Positions 51,100 to 64,000 of a stretch of DNA of 64,000 bases are shown here, in pieces. Position 1 is the stretch's first letter. Every line of letters starts with the position of its first letter. The position numbers and the translations under genes were made by a program. This stretch comes from Eledone cirrhosa. Taxonomy: Eukaryota. Location of the stretch: the NCBI GenBank assembly GCA_964016885.1, contig OZ024744.1:100936001-101000000 (forward strand), read 5' to 3'. The notes beneath the pieces are model-generated. The model did not search any database, was not told the origin of the DNA, and was given only the letters and a program-made list of their open reading frames with translations.

Positions 51100-53042
51100 A
51101 TCATCATCATCATCATCATCAACGTTTAACGTCCGTGTTCCACGCTTGCATGGGTTTGGACGGGGGTAGTCCCACTTGAGGCAAGAGTGATTGTCTTGCT
51201 CGCATAGGACTGTCTGGCAGGTTTTCTACAGTTGGATGCCCTTCCTAACACCAACCACATTTACAGTGTGGGTCTGGGAGGTTTTTACCGTGTTGCCTAC
51301 ACGGCCACATTACAGCGTGGACTGTGTGTTTTTTTGTCGTGACACCTACACGATCTCATTTGTTTCGGCCTCGATGGCGCGGCACCAACATAACTTTACA
51401 TAGAACGGGGTGGTGTGGATGGGGTGGGGGTGGTGGTGGTGGGACGGGGTGTATTTTGTTAGAGATGCCTACTGGCTGTAGTAGGTTTTACTATATATTT
51501 AGGTAAGGCGGGTCTTCTCTGTTACTGAGTACCGCCAAAGGTCTCGGTCCAGTGACATTGTCTTGGAGAGGTGTAAGTGTGTGATGTCGGAGTTTATCAG
51601 CTCGTCCCAGGTTTTTCTGGGTCTGCCTATTCCGTGGCTACTGTCTATCTTTATTGCCCTGCACTTTGTTATACAGCTATCGACTTTCATGCGCATCACG
51701 TGTCCATACCAACGTAGCCTTCTCTCGAGTAAACAACATCTGATCCCTCTTATCTCTAATTTTTTCCTTAGTTCGTTTATGCTTTGCCGTTCACGTATAT
51801 TACTGTTACACATCCAGCGGAGCATGCAAGCTTCGTTCCTCTCTAGTCTGCGTATATCCTCTGCACACAATGCCCAGGTCTCACTGCCATGCAGCATTGC
51901 TGTTCGTATGCAGGCATCGTACAACCTGCCTTTCATTTTTAGGGAGAACCCTTTAGCAGCTAATAGTGGTATAAGCTCTCTGAACTTTTTCCAACCAGTT
52001 CTGACTCTAGCTACAGTACTTTCAGAGCACCCTCCCCCACTGCTGATTTTATCGCCCAGGTAACGGAAGCTGTCCACTATTTCTATAGAACCCTCTGCGC
52101 AATTGAAAGAGCTAGTATTTTGTGGGCACTTGCTGCTACTTATTGCACCAGAGCACCGGCCACATGTAAAATCTATGTTCTTAGTTAGCTTACGTGTGAT
52201 CCCACTACATCTTTTATGCACCCATACTTTGCATTTCTGACATAAAATGGAGTTTCTACCTACGCCTTTCCTACACACCGAGCACGACCATTTCCCAGAA
52301 GGGACCACCGCCTTGTTTTCTTTCCTACAAACTAGTACTTTGGTCTTAGCCAGGTTAATTTTAAGTCCTTTTGACTCTAGGCCGTGCTTCCATGTTTGGA
52401 ATTTCTTCTCTAGCTCGGCCATTGATTCCGCTATGAGTGTCAGGTCGTCTGCGTATAGGAGTTCCCATGGGCAGCCTGTCTTGAACTCCTCTGTTATAGC
52501 CTGAAGGGCAATAATAAATAGTAGTGGGCTGAGAACAGAGCCCTGATGGACGCCAACTTTTACGCTAAACTCTTCACTATATTCGTTGTTAATTCTAACC
52601 TTGCTGACTGTTTCTTTATACATGGCTTGTATAGCCCTCACAAGCCATTCGTCAACGCCTAGTTTTCTAAGAGCCCACCAGATAATGGAGCGGGGGACTC
52701 TGTCGAAGGCTTTCTCCAAGTCGACAAAAGCTAAGTAGAGGGGTTTACTTTTAGCTAGGTACTTCTCCTGTAGTTGTCGTACAATGAAAAGAGCGTCTGT
52801 GGTACTTTTGCCTGACACAAACCCGAACTGCATTTCATCTAGGTCAATTCTCTCTCTGATTAGTTGCGCTATTACTTTTTCCGTGACCTTCATGACCTGG
52901 TCGATTAATTTAATGCCTCTATAGTTTCCCCTATCTAGGGCGTCTCCTTTACCCTTATAACAGTTAACGATGATGCTGCTATGCCAGTCCTTCGGGACAA
53001 CCCCATTCTGTACGACTTGGTTAACTATGCGGGTGACCATGG
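51100..53042 (-). mobile_element. Young 5'-truncated RTE LINE with uninterrupted RT/C-terminal ORF (51499-53040, 513 aa)
   Basis: YADD, QGSVLSP, C4HC3 finger; no stops; complete 3'UTR and (ATG)n tail. Confidence 0.97.
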
Positions 53043-53277
53043 GTGACCTGTGTTTAGACGTGGAGAGGATTGGGTTCCACCAGGTTTAAAAGTGCCCTAG
53101 ACATGCTGTACGACAGTGACTCTATGACCCCACAAGGAGTTATGGGATCTCTTTATCGTTTTATCCTTTTTTTAATATATCCATATATATAAAAAAGAAA
53201 TAGGATTTCTCTTCAAGCATAGCTTTATACAATATGTATAAATATTTCGTATTTCGAAAGAATACAGTTTTAGGAAG

Positions 53278-53650
53278 CCGTAGCTATGCAAACACCGGTG
53301 GGCTAATGCCCTCTGGTGATGTCCAGCAGAAGCAAGGGTGACAACCGTCTATGCATTTCAGGCTTAACTGGCCTTCGTCAGGACGGTCCCTCCCACCGCT
53401 TGCGACTGCTGGACTAGACGACAGCTGAGAATATATACTTTTCTCGTCTGTGTAAATGAGGTGATTAATCTCATTTGCATATGAAGCTGCATAAGTTGGC
53501 TCAAATTGTAATAGAAAAAGCTTCATATGCAAATGAGATTAATCACCTCATTTACACAGACGAGAAAAGTTTATATTCTCGGCTGTCTTCTGTCTTCTAG
53601 TCCAGCAGTTGCAGGAGGTAGGAGGGACCGTCCTGACCAGAGGGCGTTAG

Positions 53651-53683
<33 letters not shown>

Positions 53684-53698
53684 TTTGCATAGCTACGG
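53278..53698. mobile_element. Fold-back element/MITE, unclassified
   Basis: CCGTAGCTATGCAAACACCGG termini; long inner inverted arms around a ~30-bp loop at 53489-53518. Confidence 0.8.
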
Positions 53699-53947
53699 AT
53701 TCATATATATTTTTACATTCATTTAATTTATTAAATTATTGATATTTTATTTGAGTGACCCGAATCTTCCTGGTCGTTTACTTTCGGCTGTACGGGTGAT
53801 TTTAGGCATGACCTCTATGTGTTGGTATTTTAACGATAGTTATAGCTCTGATTTTTCCAAATTATTGAGCCCTCTGTCACACATGTCGGATATTGTTTAT
53901 CGTGATTTCGTGGGCTGATATTCCGATTCTCGATTATTCTACTATAT

Positions 53948-57242
<3,295 letters not shown>

Positions 57243-57247
<5 letters not shown>

Positions 57248-57600
57248 TGTACCCCTGGCATTTGCAGTCCTGGTTATTCACAGAATTTTCCTTAGAACCT
57301 AACTAATAATTGTTCATGGAAACCACCACATATTCACGGAATCGTAAATGTCTTCCGTGATTTTTTTTAATGGCTTTTTCGTGGTAATATATATTTTTTT
57401 AAATGCTAAATTATTAATAACAATATATCGTATTTGCTGGCCTATTGGACGCCCCTTCGCATAAGAAACTCTTTTTTTAAAATTATATTTTACTTTATAT
57501 TTTGACGTTTATAGACAATTTTATTGACCACGTCCAATATTTGCAGTTTTTCACTCTTCACGGGTGCTCTAGGAATATAACCGGTGTAACTACCTAGGAA
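57243..57600. mobile_element. Degraded Tigger/pogo-like MITE fragments
   Basis: TA-CAGTGTACCCCT start; CGTATTTGCTGGCCTATTGGACGCCCC also seen at 62172. Confidence 0.4.
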
Positions 57601-57610
57601 GAACTGTATG

Positions 57611-57663
<53 letters not shown>

Positions 57664-57796
57664 TATAAAGCTGACAGCCATATGTAGGTAACAAACTTTT
57701 CACCAAAAGACTGGACCAAACGGCACCGAATTTGCACCATAGATGAACTTTTTTCAAGTAAAAAAGTGAGGGTATGTTTGTCTTTAATATATATAT

Positions 57797-58870
57797 TCGA
57801 AACATGGAAGCATGGCCTAGAATCAAAAGGCCGTAAAGTTAACTTGTCTAAGACTAAAGTTCTAGTTTGTAGAAAGGAAAATAGGGCACAGGTGCCCTCA
57901 GGGAAATGGCCATGCTCAGTGTGTAGGAAAGGAGTAGGCAGAAATTCAATTTTATGTCCCAAATGCAAAGTATGGGTACATAAAAGATGTAGTGGGATCA
58001 CAGGTAAACTATCTAAGAACGTAGATTTTATATGTGGCCAATGCTCAGGTGCAATAAGTAGCAAGTGTCCACAGGATACTAGCCCCTTCTATTGCCCAGA
58101 TGGTTCTATAGAAATAGTAGACACTTTCTGTTACCTGGGTGATGAAATCAGCAGTGGTGGAGAGAGCTCTGAAAGTACAGTAGCCAGAATTAGAACGGGA
58201 TGGAAAAAGTTCAGAGAGCTTATACCGCTGTTGGCCACAAAAGGTTTCTCTCTAAAAATGAAGGGCAGACTGTATGATGCCTGTATACGAACAGCAATGC
58301 TACATGGCAGTGAGACATGGGCATTACGTGCAGAGGACCTGCGTAGACTGGAAAGGAATGAAGCATGCATGCTCCGTTGGATGTGTAATAATAATATACG
58401 TGAACGGCAAAGCATAAATGAACTAAGTGAGAAATTAGGAATAACAGGAATCAGATGCTGTTAACTTGAGAGAAGACTACGTTGGTATGGTCACGTGATG
58501 CGCATGAAAGACGACAGCTGCATAAAAAAGTGCAGGACGATCAAAATTGATGGTAGTTATGGAGTAGGTAGACCCAGAGAAACCTGGGACGATCTGATAA
58601 ATTCCGACCTTACACACTTGCACCTCTCTAAGACAATGTCTCTGGACCAGATCTTTGGCGCTACGCAGTAATACAGAAGACTCGCCTTGCCTATGTACAA
58701 AGCGAAACCTACAGTCAGTAGGCACCTCTTAACCAAAATTCGCCCCAATCCACTACCCCTACCCTATCCTCCCACTCCCACCAACAGTACGAGATAATGA
58801 TATCGAGATTGTGTAGGTGTCATGACAAAAAACACACAGTCCACGCTGTAATGTGGCCGTGTAGGTAACA
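57797..58870 (+). mobile_element. RTE LINE 3' fragment with truncated UTR
   Basis: [10 protein letters not shown]...GSETWAL...; stop at 58462; UTR breaks at 58870. Confidence 0.93.
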
Positions 58871-58970
58871 ACTCTGGGACTATCAAAATTTCTGACCAAC
58901 TAAGAGAGCCCAAACTGGTGGCACCAACTTTTATACCATATAAAGACCTCCTGCAGTTCCTCATCATTTG

Positions 58971-59309
58971 TCATCATCATCATCATTTTACGTCCACTTT
59001 TCCCTGCTTGCAAGGGTGGGACGGGAACTGATTCTGGCTTGATTTCTACAGCTGGATGCCCTTCCTAACACCAACCTCATTTACAGTGAGTGCTGGGTGC
59101 TTTTTTTGCCGTGGCACCTCCATGACCACTTTGCAGTGGAATGATATGGACCCCAGTCCCTATCATCTCATTTCTACAGCTGAGTAAACTGGAGCAATGT
59201 GAAATAAAGTGTCTTGCTCAAGGAAACAACACATCACCCGGTCTGAGAATTGAACTCACAACCTTTCGATTGCAAGGCCAATGCTCTAACCACTAAGCCA
59301 TGTGCCTCC
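58971..59309 (-). mobile_element. SINE family 2, tail type a
   Basis: Reverse match to 28708-29043. Confidence 0.9.
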
Positions 59310-59384
<75 letters not shown>

Positions 59385-59388
<4 letters not shown>

Positions 59389-59577
59389 GTTTCTACTTTT
59401 GGCACAAGGCCAGCAATTATCCCAGTACATTACTGGTACTTTATTTTATCGACCCCCGTAAGGATGAAAGGCAAAGTTAACCTCGGCGGGATTTGAACTC
59501 AGAATGGCAAAGACCGTAACTCTATGCGTCAAAGCATGACGTCCGACCCTCTACCGATACTGCCAATCCACCGCCCT
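59385..59577 (-). mobile_element. SINE family 1
   Basis: Reverse match to 5695-5887. Confidence 0.88.
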
Positions 59578-59686
59578 AATATATATTTTTATAATGTCTG
59601 TGTGTAGTAAAATATCAGTGCATGTGGAAAATGAAAAGAGTGCTCAACCAGAAATGAGAGCTGATATATAATATATTATTTATTTT

Positions 59687-60232
59687 ATAGACGGTAGCCA
59701 CGGAATAGGCAGACCTAGAAAAACCTGGGACGAGCTGATAAACTCCGACCTCACACACTTACACCTCTCCAAGACAATGTCACTGGACCGAGACCTTTGG
59801 CGGTACTCAGTAATAGAGAAGACCCGCCTTACCTAAATACATAGTAAAACCTACTACAGCCAGTAGGCATCTCTAACAAAATACACCCCGTCCCACCACC
59901 CCCACCCCATCCACACCACCCCCTCCTATGTAAAGTTTTGTTGGTGCCACACCATCCAGGCTGAAACAAATGAGATCGTGTAGGTGTCACGACAAAAAAA
60001 CACACAGTCCACGCTGTAATGTGACCTTGTAGGTAACACGGTAAAAACCTCCCAGACCGACACTGTAAATGTGGTTGGTGTTAGGAAGGGCATCCAGCTG
60101 TAGAAAACCCGCCAGACAGTCCTATGCGAGCAAGACAATCACTCTTGCCTCAAGTGGGAATACCCCCGTCCAAACCCATGCAAGCGTGGAACACGGACGT
60201 TAAACGTTAATGATGATGATGGTGATGATGAT
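59687..60232 (+). mobile_element. Short 3' fragment of the young RTE subfamily
   Basis: Closely matches 56641-57185. Confidence 0.93.
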
Positions 60233-60252
60233 ATTCATACACGAAAGCACTA

Positions 60253-60398
60253 CCTAAGGTTTCACGGTCCAATTTAGGTCATCTCCCCAGATTGTAAAAG
60301 TAATCAAATTTGTGAGCTACCCTTTGATGACAAGGTCACAAATTTGATTATTCTTACAATCTGAAGAGGTGGTCAAAATTGGACCGCGAAACCTTTGG
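60253..60398. mobile_element. Small fold-back MITE
   Basis: AAGGTTTCACGGTCCAATTT...CAGATTGTAA..TAATCAAATTTGTGA mirrored by TCACAAATTTGATTA..TTACAATCTG...AAATTGGACCGCGAAACCTT. Confidence 0.75.
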
Positions 60399-60402
60399 GA
60401 AA

Positions 60403-60437
<35 letters not shown>

Positions 60438-60675
60438 ACTCCAGGTAGAAGGAGCAACGTGAAATAAAGTGTCTTGCTCAAGGACATAACGCATCACCTG
60501 GTCCAAGAATCGAACTCACAACCTTACTATTGCGAATCCAATTCTCTAACCACTCAGCCACACGCCTTCACGCCTTCTACCTGGAGTTGCGACCGATAGA
60601 TAGTATTAGCAATTGGAAAGACCAACGGAAACAGTGTTCCCTCGGTCCGATTTTGACGAAAGTCGATCGTTCCTT
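60438..60675. mobile_element. SINE family 2 (tail b) with inverted 5' half
   Basis: 60438-60569 is the head on the minus strand; 60574-60675 is the tail on the plus strand. Confidence 0.8.
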
Positions 60676-60727
60676 TAATATATACAGACACGCACGCACG
60701 CACGCACACACACACACACACACAAGT

Positions 60728-61062
60728 AAAGACCCCCTTTGGTCACAAATGACCATGGGATTTGTCACTAGAAAGTTCCCCTCTGAGGCACAAGTCTGGG
60801 CAAGGTTGTTTGTCGAAGACATGCAGTTACCCATGCATATCAGTCTCCTCTTTTCATGCCACCGATGTTGTGCAAGGGAGAGGCAATGGCTGATATAGCT
60901 TGGCATCAGAGATGTCACAACTAATATATACACTATATATGATATTGTTCAAGGGAAACGCAATGGCTGATACAGCTTGGTACCAGTTACATCACAACTC
61001 ATTTCTACAGCTGAGTAAACTGGAGCAATGTGAAATAAAGTGTCTTGCTCAAGGAGACAACA
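60728..61062 (-). mobile_element. SINE family 2 (tail type d), 5'-truncated
   Basis: CTCATTTCTACAGCTGAGTAAACTGGAGCAATGTGAAATAAAGTGTCTTGCTCAAG core joined to a different tail (AAGACCCCCTTTGGTCAC...GGCAAGGTTGTTT). Confidence 0.7.
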
Positions 61063-61259
61063 GATAATGTCTTAGTAGACCAGTTGGCAAAATGACAGTC
61101 TCCTAAAACTGCTTTTGCTTGTGCAAGTATAGTTGTTAGTATCATATCCTTACGGGGTCGATAATATAAAGCACCAGTAATGCACTGGGGTCCATTTAAT
61201 AGACTTAACCCCTCTCCCAAAATTGTTGGCTTGTGCTTACATCAGAAATTGTTATGATT

Positions 61260-62150
61260 GTCATCATCATCATCGTTTTTACATCTGTTTTACCATGCTT
61301 GCATAGGTTAGTTAAGTCTCTTCACGTGTCTTTTTTTGTTTTGTGAGGTGTCATCACTTTTAACCATGTCGTTCAGTTTCCTTCCCCATGGAATTTTTTA
61401 CACTTCTTTCTCCAGCCATCACCATCCATTATCTTCTCTCTTGCACTCTATATCTGATTCTTTGTATGTTCAGTTTTTCTCTCAGCTTATCCATACTTCA
61501 TTGTTCATGCCACTATACATCCAATGGAGCATGCTCAGTTCCTTTCTCTCCAGTTATATCGTACTTCACACACAGGCATCATACAATCTACACTTTATTT
61601 GAAGAGATAACCCATTCATAATAGCTACCTGAAGTTTTCCCACCCAATTCTTCTTATTCTAGCTACTATGGTTTCAGAGGAACCTCCTCTACTGCTAATT
61701 AACCCTTTAGCATTTAAACCGGCTGTATCCGGCCAGAATTCTCTCACCTCTTTCTGTTCAAACCAGCTGTAACTGGCTGCTCATACCTACATTAAGGTAT
61801 TGTTCTCAAAATAAATAATATCAAAATCTCATAGATTAGATATTATGTGAGATAATTATGTAAGGTAAAGCCTTTACTGTAAAAACACAATAGTATATAT
61901 AGAATAATGTAAATGGTAAAGGGTTAAGTCATCTCAGTAACAGAAGCTATGAACTACTTCTACGGTACCTTCCTGGGATTAAAAATAAGTTTAATTTACT
62001 GCTCTTACTACTAACTGTCCCTGTACATCTGCCTCAAATGTCTACTTTCTTTGTTAGTAGGTCTACAATCCCACTACACCTCTTGCATACCAAAGAGTAC
62101 ATCATATACGGTTTCTACTCTTTGTACATACATAATGTAGCTATTTCTCT
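61260..62150 (-). mobile_element. Old RTE LINE 3' fragment, interrupted by a MITE
   Basis: Degraded VVARIRIGW.NFR.L, LYDACV and RCSGI segments. Confidence 0.7.
61703..61923 (+). mobile_element. piggyBac-type MITE, clean insertion
   Basis: TTAA|CCCTTTAGCATTTA...TAAATGGTAAAGGG|TTAA splitting the RTE fragment. Confidence 0.87.
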
Positions 62151-62347
62151 GGGGATTTTCTTTTTAAATACCGTAGTTACTGGCCTATTGGATGCCCCGC
62201 CCCATTGTATAAGACGCCCCCCCCCCCTCGTTTTACAAAGGCATTTTGAGTAAAAAAAAGAAATTTAGTACATTTCTTCATAAATTTATTAAAACATATT
62301 TCATTGTTTTCTTAGAAACTCTTATATAAATTCAACATCATTTTGCT

Positions 62348-63430
62348 TATCATCATCGTTTAACGTCCATCTTCTACGCTGGCATGGGTTAGACGGGTTT
62401 GTCCCACTTGAGGCAAGATTGGTCGGGTGACCGCGTCTCGCTTGTATAGGACTGTTTCTGGCAGGTTTTCTACAGCTGGATGCCCTTCCTAACACCAACC
62501 ACATTTACAGTGTGGACTGAGCCTTTTTTACCATGTCTCCTACACGACCACTTTATGGTGTGAACTGGGTGCTTTTTGTTGTGACACCTACAGAACCTCT
62601 TTACAGTGTGGACTGGGTGCTTTTTGTTGTGACACCTACAGAACCTCTTTACAGTGTGGACTGGGTGCTTTTTGTTGTGACACCTACAGAACCTCTTTAC
62701 AGTGTGGACTGGGTGCTTTTTGTCGTGACACTTACACAACCTCTTTACAGTGTGGACTGGGTGCTTTTTGTCGTGACACCTACACAACCTCTTTACAGTG
62801 TGAACTGGGTGCTTTTTGTTGTGACACCTACAGAACCTCTTTACAGTGTGGACTGAGTGCTTTTTGTTGTGACACCTACAGAACCTCTTTACAGTGTGGA
62901 CTGGGTGCTTTTTGTTGTGACACCTACAGAACCTCTTTACAGTGTGGACTGGGTGCTTTTTGTCGTGACACTTACACAACCTCTTTACAGTGTGGACTGG
63001 GTGCTTTTTGTCGTGACACCTACACAACCTCTTTACAGTGTGAACTGGGTGCTTTTTGTTGTGACACCTACAGAACCTCTTTACAGTGTGGACTGGGTGC
63101 TTTTTGTTGTGACACCTACAGAACCTCTTTACAGTGTGGACTGGGTGCTTTTTGTCGTGACACTTACACAACCTCTTTACAGTGTGGACTGGGTGCTTTT
63201 TGTCGTGACACCTACACAACCTCTTTACAGTGTGAACTGGGTGCTTTTTGTTGTGACACCTACAGAACCTCTTTACAGTGTGGACTGGGTGCTTTTTGTC
63301 GTGACACCTACACAACCTCTTTACAGTGTGGACTGGGTGTTCTGTGGTACGAACATAACTATACAGTGAAACGGTGGTGTGAGTGGGCGGATGGAGTAGG
63401 GGTGTGAGGTTGGGTGTATATTGGGTTCAG
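62348..63430 (-). mobile_element. RTE 3'UTR with ~17 tandem 48-bp units (62505-63340)
   Basis: (TTTACAGTGTGGACTGGGTGCTTTTTGTTGTGACACCTACAGAACCTC)n. Confidence 0.93.
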
Positions 63431-63432
63431 AT

Positions 63433-64000
63433 AAATTGTATTGTATTACTGTATTAGTAATACTAACTAAATTGTATTGTATTACTGTATTAGTAATACT
63501 AACTAAATTGTATTGTATTACTGTATTAGTAATACTATTAGTAATACTAACTAAATTGTATTGTATTACTGTATTAGTAATACTAACTAAATTGTATTGT
63601 ATTACCGTATTAGTAATACTAACTAAATTGTATTGTATTACTGTATTAGTAATACTATTAGTAATACTAACTAAATTGGATTGTATTACTGTATTAGTAA
63701 TACTAACTAAATTGGATTGTATTACTGTATTAGTAATACTAACTAAATTGGATTGTATTACTGTATTAGTAATACTAACTAAATTGTATTGTATTACTGT
63801 ATTAGTAATACTAACTAAATTGTATTGTATTACCGTATTAGTAATACTATTAGTAATACTAACTAAATTGTATTGTATTACTGTATTAGTAATACTATTG
63901 GTAATACTAACTAAATTGTATTGTATTACTGTATTAGTAATACTAACTAAATTGTATTGTATTACTGTATTAGTAATACTAAATTGTATTGTATTACTGT
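63433..64000. repeat. 36-bp AT-rich minisatellite running off the window
   Basis: (AAATTGTATTGTATTACTGTATTAGTAATACTAACT)n. Confidence 0.93.

Noticed and set aside
57664-57795. Possible Helitron 5' end
   Set aside because: Only a vague resemblance; no 3' hairpin/CTAG end found

Overview
Eukaryotic, repeat-saturated genomic DNA. The SINE and RTE-LINE repertoire looks like that of an octopod cephalopod (inferred from remembered repeat families; no search was run). The only host gene I can support is on the + strand: four small, phase-compatible GT-AG exons (5510-5640, 23728-23803, 32033-32116, 42435-42509) that splice into a divergent PX-BAR sorting nexin segment, with introns of about 18.1, 8.2 and 10.3 kb. 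The gene extends beyond both window ends. The rest is intronic mobile DNA: many RTE LINE copies (two young ones head-to-head), a CR1-type LINE, a Penelope-like (RT + GIY-YIG) element, a Gypsy relic, an Hsmar2-like mariner, piggyBac-type and other MITEs, two tRNA-derived SINE superfamilies, and many mini/microsatellites. Almost all long low-complexity ORFs in the track are repeat artefacts. Most notable: a cluster of minimal hammerhead-ribozyme motifs, including a 132-bp inverted repeat with one on each strand; a ~2-kb inverted LINE pair; a 48-bp LINE 3'UTR module that has repeatedly seeded independent minisatellites; and SINEs sharing a head but with swapped tails. No CRISPR array or prokaryotic system is present. 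Boundaries of degraded repeats are approximate.
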